Made by a program: the position numbers and the translations under genes. Shown in pieces: positions 26,780 through 35,464 of a stretch of DNA of 64,000 nucleotides. Position 1 is the first letter of the stretch. Each line of letters begins with the position of its first letter. The stretch spans positions 102,592 to 166,591 of the forward strand of contig NZBN01000002.1 of NCBI GenBank assembly GCA_002687935.1, in the 5' to 3' direction. The stretch is from Methanobacteriota archaeon (GTDB taxonomy: Archaea > Undinarchaeota > Undinarchaeia > Undinarchaeales > Undinarchaeaceae). Below the pieces are notes generated by a model. It worked only from the letters and a program-made list of their open reading frames with translations. It made no database searches and had not been told where the DNA came from.

Positions 26780-26986
26780 ATGAAACAAAAACAACTAATT
26801 CAGATTGAGGATATTTGGAAAGTATACCAAATAGGCAGCATTAAGGTAGAGGCATTGCGGGGGGTGACCCTCTCAATAAAACAGGGAGAGTTTGTGGCAA
26901 TAACTGGCCCCAGCGGCAGCGGCAAGAGTACAATAATGAATATGGTCGGGGCTTTGGATATTCCTTCTAAAATCTATTTATACTAA
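26780..26986 (+). pseudogene. Truncated LolD/MacB-type ABC ATPase (Walker A only)
   Basis: [11 protein letters not shown]...[40 protein letters not shown] then stops; no signature or Walker B follows. Confidence 0.88.
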
Positions 26987-27003
26987 GATTAATTATTCTA
27001 ATT

Positions 27004-27282
27004 ATGACCAAAGTAACAATTTATACAACTCCAACTTGCGCTTACTGCGCAACGGCGAAGGACTTTTTTGACAAAAATAATATTGAATATGAAGCAATTG
27101 ATATAACAACAAATGTTGAAGGAATGAAGTGGATGCAGGAACGCGGTTTCCAGGGAGTCCCAGTTATTGTGTTAGGAGAAGGTGACAAAGAAGAAATACT
27201 CCAAGGATTTAATGAGGAAGTGCAGGCACAGATAGAAGAAGAACTGGGAATGCGGGGTGACTCAGGAAAAGGATATGGCTGA
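27004..27282 (+). CDS. Glutaredoxin/NrdH-like redoxin (CAYC)
   Basis: VTIYTTPTCAYC...GVPVIV thioredoxin-fold motifs. Confidence 0.9.
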   Translation: MTKVTIYTTPTCAYCATAKDFFDKNNIEYEAIDITTNVEGMKWMQERGFQGVPVIVLGEGDKEEILQGFNEEVQAQIEEELGMRGDSGKGYG

Positions 27283-27478
27283 AGGAATAATAACTTGCCC
27301 GAAGTGCGGGCACAAGCAAGGGGCAGAAATACCGGAGGCAGTATGTCAATTTTCCTACCTTTGCTTCGGATGTAAGGAAACAATTTTATCAGAAACAAAG
27401 TGCTGTGTTTTCTGTGATTATGGTGACAGGTCCTGCCACACTGAGAAGAAAGAAACTGAAGTGACGATAGTAGAATGA
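27275..27478 (+). CDS. Small Cys-rich GDCCVxC-family-like metal-binding protein
   Basis: ITCPKCGH...CQFSYLCFGC...KCCVFCDYGDRSC; start re-called at ATG 27275. Confidence 0.75.
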   Translation: MAEGIITCPKCGHKQGAEIPEAVCQFSYLCFGCKETILSETKCCVFCDYGDRSCHTEKKETEVTIVE

Positions 27479-27744
27479 AGAGAGTTCATTTATTTATATC
27501 GGGAAAGGTCCAAGGTGTCTATTTCAGAGCTTTTGTAAAAGAAAACGCAGAAAATATGGATGTAAAGGGGTGGGTTCGGAACACAGACAAGGGAGTGGAA
27601 GTTCTGGCAGAAGGAACTGAAGAGAATATTGAAGTTCTCTTAAAAAACTGCGAAGAAGGTTCACCCACCTCTCTTGTTGAAAACCTTGAAATCACAGAGG
27701 GGAAATATACAGGTGAATTCAACAAATTTGCAATACTGCGCTGA
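27475..27744 (+). CDS. acyP: Acylphosphatase
   Basis: ISGKVQGVYFRA, VKGWVRN, VEVLAEG. Confidence 0.93.
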   Translation: MKRVHLFISGKVQGVYFRAFVKENAENMDVKGWVRNTDKGVEVLAEGTEENIEVLLKNCEEGSPTSLVENLEITEGKYTGEFNKFAILR

Positions 27745-27755
27745 AAGGAGGGAAA

Positions 27756-27902
27756 ATGGACGAAGAAGAAAAGGCACGAAGATATGTGAAGAAGCTTGAG
27801 TCGGGAGAAGAAGTGGGCGAGCACACTGAAAAGCTTGAGATACGCGACTCGATTGAAGACAAAAAGCCAAAGAAAGCCAATAAAGAAAGAATACAAGACT
27901 AA
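27756..27902 (+). CDS. Small charged hypothetical protein, 48 aa
   Basis: MDEEEKARRYVKKLESGEEV...; strong AAGGAGG SD upstream. Confidence 0.6.
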   Translation: MDEEEKARRYVKKLESGEEVGEHTEKLEIRDSIEDKKPKKANKERIQD

Positions 27903-27982
27903 ATTTTACTCTGAACGCCATAAAGCTTAATAAGATAGCAAGCTTATGGAAAGTAGACTTCTTAGACTGGGAATTATTTTGT

Positions 27983-28450
27983 ATGAAAAAAGACCTTGAA
28001 AAGATTGAAGAAGAGCTTAAAGAAGGTGCTGACCTCGAGGCAATACTTGAAAAATATGACTGGAAGGATTTTGAAAGCCTTGTAGCATCTATATTTGCTG
28101 AGAAAAATTACAGAGTAAAGACTGCTCACAGATTTAAGCACGATGGAAGACATCAAGTTGATGTTCTAGCCCAGGGATTCGGAGAAGTTTTTTGTGTAGA
28201 TTGCAAAAAGTGGTCTGACAGAAAAGGAAAAGTATCTGCCTTGAAAAAATCTGTTCTTGAGCAGAAACTGAGAACACAGGCTCTGAAAAATAGTGAAGGG
28301 CACAAAACTGATGTCTACCCCCTTATAGTAACCTTACTCCAGGAAGAAATCGAGACACATGGAAATATTCCTGTGATTCCTGTGTGGAAGCTTAACAGCT
28401 TTCTTGATGAGTTTCCTCAAAATAGAAAGAACCTGCACAAGGCAGATTAG
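27983..28450 (+). CDS. Mrr-like restriction endonuclease-fold protein
   Basis: WKDFESLVASIF, HQVDVLA...VDCKKW (PD-(D/E)xK). Confidence 0.8.
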   Translation: MKKDLEKIEEELKEGADLEAILEKYDWKDFESLVASIFAEKNYRVKTAHRFKHDGRHQVDVLAQGFGEVFCVDCKKWSDRKGKVSALKKSVLEQKLRTQALKNSEGHKTDVYPLIVTLLQEEIETHGNIPVIPVWKLNSFLDEFPQNRKNLHKAD

Positions 28451-28452
28451 GA

Positions 28453-28471
28453 GCGCGAAACATTATTATAA
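28453..28471 (+). promoter_or_regulatory. BRE + TATA of ileS (probably leaderless)
   Basis: GCGCGAAA-CA-TTATTATAA ending 24 nt before the ATG. Confidence 0.55.
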
Positions 28472-28494
28472 GAACTTAGGCATTTTTACCCGAT

Positions 28495-31335
28495 ATGTTT
28501 GAGAAGGAAAACCTGGAAGAAGAAGTCCGAAAATTTTGGGATAAAAACAAGACTGACAAGAAGGCACTTTCGCTCAATAACGAGGCTAAACCCTATTATT
28601 TTCTTGATGGTCCCCCATATGCAACAGGGCATATTCATATGGGAACTGCCTGGAATAAGATACTGAAGGATTTCTACTTAAGATATAATAGAATGCTTGG
28701 AAAGAATGTCTGGGCAAGACCAGGATATGACTGCCACGGATTACCAACTGAGCTAAAAGTTGAAAAAAAACTCGGAATACGAGATAAAAAGGAGATTGAA
28801 AGCCGTGTTGGAATTGCAAAGTTCAACGAGGAATGTTACAAATTTTCTACAGAATTTATAGGAACGATGAACGAGGAGTTCGAAAACCTTGGAGTCTGGA
28901 TGGATTGGGACAATCCTTACAGAACTCTGGACAAAGGATATATTGAAGCAGGTTGGTTTACTTTCAAAACAGCATATGACAAAGGTCTGGTTTACAAAGA
29001 CAAGTACACAGTACATGTATGTTCAAGCTGCGAGACTGTTGTTTCAAATAATGAAGTTGAATATCAAAAAGTAAGTGATGAATCTGTTTATGTTAAATTG
29101 AAAGTGAAGGGAACAGACAATGAGTACCTGATTATATGGACAACGACTCCATGGACACTGCCGAGCAATGCAGGTGTAATAGCACATCCTGATTTTGACT
29201 ATGTAAAGGTTGAGCTTAATAATGGTGAAAAATGGATTCTTGCAAAAGACTTGGTTGAAAATTTGATGGGAAAAATAGAAGCCAGTTACAAAACTCTTGA
29301 AGAATTTAAAGGGAAAAAGCTCAAGGACCTTGAATATGAAACACCCTTCAGTGATCTTCCACTACAGGAAGGTGTAAATGCGAAAGTCGTTCTCAATGAA
29401 GAGTATGTAAATCTTGAACAGGGGACAGGACTCGTTCACTGTGCCCCCGGCCATGGAACTGAAGACTTTCTTGTTGGAAAGGAAAACAAACTCTCAACGC
29501 TCTGCCCTCTGACAATGACAGGGGAATATACGGAAGAAGCTGGAAAATACGCAGGAAAATACGTAAAAGATGCTGACAGTGAGCTCACAGAAGAACTCAG
29601 GGAAAAGAGTCTTCTTGTAACGACAGAGAAAATAAAACACGATTATCCTATGTGCTGGCGCTGCAAAACACCACTACTTTTCATGGCAATGCCACAATGG
29701 TTCATAAAAGTCAGTGCAATAAGAAAGAAGATTATAGCTGACAATAAGAAAAATGTTAACTGGCCTTATGATTGGGCAGGCAAGCGTTTTGAAGACTGGC
29801 TTCAGAATATGGGAGACTGGCCAATTTCAAGGCAGAGATATTGGGGAATTCCTGTTCCAATATGGGAATGTCAGAAAGAAGATTGCGACGAAGTAAAGGT
29901 TATTGGCTCAATAAAGGAGCTTGGAAAAGACACAGAGAATCTGCATCGCCAGTTTGTTGACCCGATAGAATTCGACTGCAAATGCGGCGGAAGAATGAAA
30001 AGGATAGAAGATATTCTTGATGTCTGGTTTGATTCAGGAATAGCACCTTGGGGCTCTGTCGGCTATCCACAGAAAGAAGAGCCTTTTAAGACTTTGTGGC
30101 CTGTTGATTTTATATTGGAGGGTTCAGATCAGACAAGGGGTTGGTTTAACTCACTTGCAGTTTGTGGAATGCTAACTTTTGACAGAATTCCCTACATAAA
30201 TGTTGTTCAGCACGCATTGGTTCTTGCAGAAGGTGGACTTAAAATGAGCAAGTCTCTCGGAAACATAGTTTCTCCAGATGAAGTTGTTGAAAAATACGGA
30301 AGAGACCATATACGACATTATCTGCTCTACTACGACCCTGCCGAGGACTTTGTATTCTCCTGGGAAAAAATGAATGATGTAAAGAGATTTTTCAATACCT
30401 GGAAAAACACAGTGAAATTCCAGGAACTTTACGGAAGCAAGAAGGAACTCCCAAGTAAAATTGCGCTGGAGGACAAGTGGGTACTCTCCAAATTAAACTC
30501 ACTTATAGAAAAAGTCAGGGAATCTAATGAAAAATACTATGGATTCAAATCAGTTCAGGCAATACAGGAATTCATTGTAAATGACCTGAGCAGATGGTAC
30601 ATCAAACTAATACGAGAACGATTGTGGCCAACTTATACTGGTGAGGACAAAGAAGCAGCCCAAGCAACCTTGTACCACGTTCTCGACAGTGTAAACACAC
30701 TGATGGCACCCGTTCTTGTTCATATGTCTGAAGCAGCATATCAGGACATTTTCAAAGGAGATGGGGATGAAGAAAGCGTACATTTCAGAGAATTTCCAGA
30801 CTTTAATAAGAAGGGCATAGACAAGAAGCTAGAGGAAGCAATGACAGAAGTCAGAATGATTACAGAAGCATCAGCCTCGGCAAGACAGGAAAGTGGTATA
30901 AAGTTAAGATGGCCGGTGAAGAAAATAAGTATTTCAACAAAAAATGACTATCTTAAAAAGAATTTTGATAAAATCCTTATGTTTGTTCTCAATGCAAAGG
31001 AAATTAAATTTGCAGATTCGGCAAAGGGTTCAGTAAAAGCAGAACATGTAAAAGGAGCAATTTTCCTCGACAGTAGTGTGGATGATTCCCTGGAGAAGGA
31101 GTGGCTGATAAAGGAACTTGGAAAGCACGTACAAGGACAGAGAAAGAAAGCCGGTTTCAATATTGAAGATAAAATAAACCTAAGTGTAGACTCTGATATA
31201 AACAGCCAACTTGAAAATGCCGACGAATTGCTTTCTGAAAAGATAGGAATTGGAACATACAGCCTTGGAAAGCTTACAGGAAAGAACAAAAGTGAGTTTG
31301 AATTCCGCGGAAAGAAAGTAAGAATCGCATTCTAG
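28495..31335 (+). CDS. ileS: Isoleucine--tRNA ligase
   Basis: FLDGPPYATGHIHMGT, WTTTPWTLPSN, WPISRQRYWG, EGSDQTRGWF, KMSKSLGN. Confidence 0.97.
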   Translation: MFEKENLEEEVRKFWDKNKTDKKALSLNNEAKPYYFLDGPPYATGHIHMGTAWNKILKDFYLRYNRMLGKNVWARPGYDCHGLPTELKVEKKLGIRDKKEIESRVGIAKFNEECYKFSTEFIGTMNEEFENLGVWMDWDNPYRTLDKGYIEAGWFTFKTAYDKGLVYKDKYTVHVCSSCETVVSNNEVEYQKVSDESVYVKLKVKGTDNEYLIIWTTTPWTLPSNAGVIAHPDFDYVKVELNNGEKWILAKDLVENLMGKIEASYKTLEEFKGKKLKDLEYETPFSDLPLQEGVNAKVVLNEEYVNLEQGTGLVHCAPGHGTEDFLVGKENKLSTLCPLTMTGEYTEEAGKYAGKYVKDADSELTEELREKSLLVTTEKIKHDYPMCWRCKTPLLFMAMPQWFIKVSAIRKKIIADNKKNVNWPYDWAGKRFEDWLQNMGDWPISRQRYWGIPVPIWECQKEDCDEVKVIGSIKELGKDTENLHRQFVDPIEFDCKCGGRMKRIEDILDVWFDSGIAPWGSVGYPQKEEPFKTLWPVDFILEGSDQTRGWFNSLAVCGMLTFDRIPYINVVQHALVLAEGGLKMSKSLGNIVSPDEVVEKYGRDHIRHYLLYYDPAEDFVFSWEKMNDVKRFFNTWKNTVKFQELYGSKKELPSKIALEDKWVLSKLNSLIEKVRESNEKYYGFKSVQAIQEFIVNDLSRWYIKLIRERLWPTYTGEDKEAAQATLYHVLDSVNTLMAPVLVHMSEAAYQDIFKGDGDEESVHFREFPDFNKKGIDKKLEEAMTEVRMITEASASARQESGIKLRWPVKKISISTKNDYLKKNFDKILMFVLNAKEIKFADSAKGSVKAEHVKGAIFLDSSVDDSLEKEWLIKELGKHVQGQRKKAGFNIEDKINLSVDSDINSQLENADELLSEKIGIGTYSLGKLTGKNKSEFEFRGKKVRIAF

Positions 31336-31369
31336 GAAAGTAATTAAAGACAGTAGGATATTTTATTTT

Positions 31370-31534
31370 ATGGACTGTGCAAAATGCAAAGAGCAGACTG
31401 ATGATGGATTTCAGTGCGAGAGTTGTGACTCAAGTCTGCACAGAAAGTGTGGAAGAAAGTACGGTGGACGATTCCTCTGCAAAAAATGCCTCAAAAATGC
31501 CCGTTTTGAAACAACAATGTCCTCAGGATTCTGA
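31370..31534 (+). CDS. 54-aa stand-alone C4HC3 (PHD/C1-like) zinc-finger protein, not in ORF track
   Basis: MDCAKCKEQTDDGFQCESCDSSLHRKCGRKYGGRFLCKKCLKNARFETTMSSGF; TGATG overlap with rnp4. Confidence 0.8.
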   Translation: MDCAKCKEQTDDGFQCESCDSSLHRKCGRKYGGRFLCKKCLKNARFETTMSSGF

Positions 31535-31863
31535 TGGGGAAAAGGCAGAAAAAGGGAGATAAACTTGTTGTACAGGAACGTATAAGTCGCCTTTTTAGTT
31601 TATCTAGACGAGTGTTCAAAGAAAGTCCTGAGCTTTCTAATAGATATGTAAAACTGGCACGAGACTTGGGAATGCGTTTCCGTGTTAAAATACCGACAAA
31701 ATATAAGAAAGAGTATTGCAAGAAATGTCACACATATCTAAAACCAGGAGTAAGCTCAAAAATAAGACTTAGCCAGAATAGGCAATCAAAGGTAATGGTA
31801 AGCTGTCTTGCATGTGGAAATATAATGCGCTACCCATATTCCAGAGAGAAAGAAAAAGCTTAA
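31534..31863 (+). CDS. rnp4: RNase P protein component 4 (Rpp21)
   Basis: ERISRLF, RYVKLARDL, YCKKCHTYL...CLACGNIMRYP. Confidence 0.94.
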   Translation: MGKRQKKGDKLVVQERISRLFSLSRRVFKESPELSNRYVKLARDLGMRFRVKIPTKYKKEYCKKCHTYLKPGVSSKIRLSQNRQSKVMVSCLACGNIMRYPYSREKEKA

Positions 31864-31895
31864 TAAAGCAATTATTCATAGAGATGTCCGTTCAA

Positions 31896-32411
31896 ATGGT
31901 AAGCACACTTGATATAAACACAAACGCCTTGATTGATGCAGCAAAGGAAGAGCTGAAGACAGTTGAAGCACTAAAAAAGCCTGAGTGGGCACACTATGCA
32001 AAGAGTGGGGCTCACAAAGAAAGACCACCTCAGAATGACGATTTCTGGCAAATTCGCGCAGCTGCTTTAATGAGAAAGCTATACAAGAAAGGACCTATCG
32101 GAGTTTCAAGACTAAGAAAGGAATATGGCGGAAGGAAGAACAGAGGAGCAAAGCCAGAGAAACACTACGATGGTTCAGGAAATGTTATAAGAACAATTCT
32201 TCAGCAGCTTGAGACTGCAGGTTATGTAAAGAAAGTAAAAAGTGGGAGAGAACTTACCGCAACAGGTATGAAATTTTTGGACGGAATATCGCACAAAGTA
32301 GAGAATTTAGAGCAGGATTCTGAAAAGGCTCCAATAGAAAACAAGAAGGAAGTAGCAGAAGAAAAGATTGAAGTTCCGGAAGCAAAGGAAGACAAAACTT
32401 CTGAAGAATAA
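31896..32411 (+). CDS. rps19e: 30S ribosomal protein S19e (eS19) with acidic tail
   Basis: PEWAHYAKSGAHKERPP, WQIRAAALMRKLY, GSGNVIRTILQQLE. Start uncertain (31884 or 31896). Confidence 0.96.
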   Translation: MVSTLDINTNALIDAAKEELKTVEALKKPEWAHYAKSGAHKERPPQNDDFWQIRAAALMRKLYKKGPIGVSRLRKEYGGRKNRGAKPEKHYDGSGNVIRTILQQLETAGYVKKVKSGRELTATGMKFLDGISHKVENLEQDSEKAPIENKKEVAEEKIEVPEAKEDKTSEE

Positions 32412-32440
32412 TTTATACAGAGCAGAGTAGTAGACTAATT

Positions 32441-32770
32441 ATGAACGATTCTGAACTTGATAAAATAAGAAAGAAAAAGCTTGCTGAGATGCAGACAGCG
32501 TCAGAGCAGGAAGAAGCTAATGCACGACAGGAAGCTCAAGCAAAAGATCAGGTCGAATCAGCCCTGAAATTAATACTAACAAATGAAGCCTGGGACCGAT
32601 GGAACAATGCGAAGGTGGCAAATCAAAATATTGCTTACTCGGCGGCGATGGCATTGCTTCAGCAGACAGGTGGAAAGGTTTCCCAAAAAATAACTGAGGA
32701 ACAATTGAAGCAAATACTTTCACAAGTAGCTAGCTCGCAGAGACGTGAATTTAATATACGAAGAAAATAA
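32441..32770 (+). CDS. PDCD5-like dsDNA-binding protein
   Basis: ELDKIRKKKL, LKLILTNEAWDR, KITEEQLKQIL...EFNIRRK; usual neighbour of rps19e. Confidence 0.9.
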   Translation: MNDSELDKIRKKKLAEMQTASEQEEANARQEAQAKDQVESALKLILTNEAWDRWNNAKVANQNIAYSAAMALLQQTGGKVSQKITEEQLKQILSQVASSQRREFNIRRK

Positions 32771-32775
32771 TTGAA

Positions 32776-33930
32776 CTAAAACAGCTTCCTTTGTTTGCTG
32801 AACATTTGACCGACAATTCTTTCTAAATCTTCTTTTGAAATTACGCCACCCCTTAATTCACGGTCACGGAATCCTGAGCTGATTTGGTGGAAATTTTCTG
32901 CTAGAAAACTACCTTCATCATAATAAATATGGAATTTTGCTTTTTTTGATTTTCTGAAAACTGCATCTTCGAGAACGTCCCTTGTATCACGTGGACCTTT
33001 GAGTTTGAATAAAACCAATTTATTTGTTGCCGTAGGAATACCATAAACAGGGGACTGTCTACTTCCAATGGAAGTCAAAATGTTGCCGACAGTGCAGTTG
33101 TTAACAACAATATCATTTGTCAGAAGAGTAGCCGCCGAAAAAAGTCTGTCTGCAACAAGATCTTTTATATAGATTTTTCCCTTCACGAGAGCGACTACGA
33201 ATGCTTCAGAAATTTTTGAATTTTTTATTATAACACTGACATCGACATCTTTTCCTCCATCTAGAGTTCCAAGAACTGCCCTCTTGAACAGCACAGGAGA
33301 TCTGCGCTTGTAATCAGAAATTTCTGTGATTTCTACACGGCCAGATACATGAGCACGTTCAAAGGCAATTGAGATAGAGCTGTTCTCAATAGTAGCTCCT
33401 TCTATTTGGGAGACATTTTGATTTGAACCAGTTGCACTGAATAGGGTTTCACACTCTACATTTCTGAGAATCATTTTTCTCAGGTAAGAACTGTCGCCAA
33501 TAGACTTGCAACGGACTCCACTGATTGTATATGAGCCTGCAAGCTGTGTTCCTTCGAGAGCATGAGAGCCTTTGAGAAGTTCACAGTTTTCAATAAGTTC
33601 ATTGAATGTGTTGCGTTGCTGTCTAGTCCAGTTTGAGACATTCAAGAGTTCCACAGGACCGGAGCTTCCTTGACTGAGTAAGAACTCAGACTCTATTTCA
33701 AGGAGAGCGCTTATGTACACACCTCTTAAAAGTAGTGTTTGATTCTCAAACGAACGCAAATCTGAGAAGAAGTTTCTCTTGTTGTCAACTCTGTCACGTT
33801 TAAATTCACCCCAGTCTTCGTGGCGCAAAATTCGCTTTACCTTCTGAACTTTCTTGTTAAACTCTACAGAGTTTGCAAAACGCCGGTCAGTGGCCCTTTC
33901 GAGAACTTTTGGGATGATAGAATCTACCAT
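32776..33930 (-). CDS. Hypothetical protein, possible beta-solenoid
   Basis: 384-aa ORF with recurring (I/V)(I/L)xNxxxxxxF units. Confidence 0.6.
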   Translation of the reverse strand: MVDSIIPKVLERATDRRFANSVEFNKKVQKVKRILRHEDWGEFKRDRVDNKRNFFSDLRSFENQTLLLRGVYISALLEIESEFLLSQGSSGPVELLNVSNWTRQQRNTFNELIENCELLKGSHALEGTQLAGSYTISGVRCKSIGDSSYLRKMILRNVECETLFSATGSNQNVSQIEGATIENSSISIAFERAHVSGRVEITEISDYKRRSPVLFKRAVLGTLDGGKDVDVSVIIKNSKISEAFVVALVKGKIYIKDLVADRLFSAATLLTNDIVVNNCTVGNILTSIGSRQSPVYGIPTATNKLVLFKLKGPRDTRDVLEDAVFRKSKKAKFHIYYDEGSFLAENFHQISSGFRDRELRGGVISKEDLERIVGQMFSKQRKLF

Positions 33931-34100
33931 GAGTATGAGCGGGGGCAGATTTTGCCCCCAGAGTCAATTAAGGTTCTCCCTTAATCACCTCAGAAAATGT
34001 TTAGCATTAAGATTATTTAAGTTTTGAAGAAACATGATTTACTCACTCAGAAAGCGCCCTTCCAAGAAGGTTGGCTACAGGGGATTTATAATATAAATAG

Positions 34101-34745
34101 ATGAAGAACAACAATATTCGCATGGAACGCAAGTACATTTCTATATGGATTGTTGCAATAACTTCAGGAGCATTTTTGCTGCAAATGAATGCCCCGATAA
34201 CAGACAGTTTTGCTCTTATTTCTAGTCAGGTCGCCATTCACCCATGGACCCTCATAACACATATGTTTATGCACGGTGGAGCGACACACTTACTTTACAA
34301 TATGTTCGCCCTGGCTCTGTTCGGAACAATTCTTGAAGTAACAATTGGATGGAGAAAATTCTTGGTCATATATTTTGTTGGGGGATTAGTTGCCGGGCTT
34401 GCAGCAATACCATTTTACAATGCGTCAATAGGAGCGAGTGGTGCAGTTTTCGCAGTAATGGGAGCACTTGCTGTCCTGAAGCCAAAAATGATAGTTTACG
34501 TTGGCTGGATACCGATGCCGATGGCAGTTGCTGCTGCAGTATGGGCGATGGGAGATCTAATCGGAATGTTCGCCCCAAGTGGAATAGCAAATGCGGCACA
34601 TCTTGGAGGTCTTGTTTTTGGACTTGGCTATGCATTTTTACTCTTGAAGGAATTCCACGAGTGGGGAAATAAAAACAAGCGTCACAGCGCAGAAGACGAA
34701 TGGGAAGATTCCTATTTTGATAAGGATGAGATGCGCTGGTACTAG
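34101..34745 (+). CDS. Rhomboid intramembrane serine protease
   Basis: HPWTLITHMFMHG, HLLYNM, GASGAVF, AHLGG. Confidence 0.93.
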   Translation: MKNNNIRMERKYISIWIVAITSGAFLLQMNAPITDSFALISSQVAIHPWTLITHMFMHGGATHLLYNMFALALFGTILEVTIGWRKFLVIYFVGGLVAGLAAIPFYNASIGASGAVFAVMGALAVLKPKMIVYVGWIPMPMAVAAAVWAMGDLIGMFAPSGIANAAHLGGLVFGLGYAFLLLKEFHEWGNKNKRHSAEDEWEDSYFDKDEMRWY

Positions 34746-35410
34746 GAAGAATTTACAAGTCCGTTTTTTGGACATATTTTTTTGAAAGGACATTCAGAAC
34801 ATTTTGGTTTTCTTGCAGAGCAAGTGTCCCTGCCGTGATAAATAAGAAGTAATGAAAATTTGTCCCAGTCGGCTTTTGGAATTAATTTTACCAAGTCCTG
34901 TTCAATTTTTACAGGATTTTTATGCTCAGTCAGACCAAGCCTGTAGGAAACACGTTTAACATGAGTGTCGACAGCAATTCCATCATTTATGCCGAAGGCG
35001 CTGGAGAGAACTATATTCGCTGTTTTTCTCGCGACTCCGGGCAAAGTTATCAAGTCCTCCATTGTTTGAGGGACCTTTCCTCCGAAATCTGAAATGATTT
35101 TCAAGGAGGAGCCTTTAATGTAATGAGCCTTACTCTTGTAAAACCCTGTACTTTTTACAAGGTTCTCGAGCTCCGTCTGCTCAGATTCAGCAAAATCTTT
35201 TACTGTTCTATATTTCTTAAATAAAGCAGGAGTAACCTTGTTTACCTGCTTGTCTGTACACTGTGCAGAAAGAATTGTTGCAACAAGAAGTTGGAGAGGA
35301 TTTTTATGACGGAGTGCAGTTCTGCTGACAGGATGTATTTTATTAAGAGTTTTATAGACTTTTGAGGCTCTTTTTTTAATAATCTGAAGAGAATCTTTTT
35401 TTCCTTCCAT
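34742..35410 (-). CDS. nth: Endonuclease III
   Basis: LLVATILSAQCTD, LPGVARKTAN, AVDTHV, CSARKPKCSECPFKKICP. Confidence 0.96.
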   Translation of the reverse strand: MEGKKDSLQIIKKRASKVYKTLNKIHPVSRTALRHKNPLQLLVATILSAQCTDKQVNKVTPALFKKYRTVKDFAESEQTELENLVKSTGFYKSKAHYIKGSSLKIISDFGGKVPQTMEDLITLPGVARKTANIVLSSAFGINDGIAVDTHVKRVSYRLGLTEHKNPVKIEQDLVKLIPKADWDKFSLLLIYHGRDTCSARKPKCSECPFKKICPKNGLVNSS

Positions 35411-35427
35411 CTTAGCACTTATGACTC

Positions 35428-35444
35428 CCGCGAATATTTATACA
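35428..35444 (+). promoter_or_regulatory. BRE + TATA of the 35465 gene
   Basis: CCGCGAAT-A-TTTATACA about 21 nt before the ATG. Confidence 0.55.
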
Positions 35445-35464
35445 TAGGGAAACATAAGCAAGAT

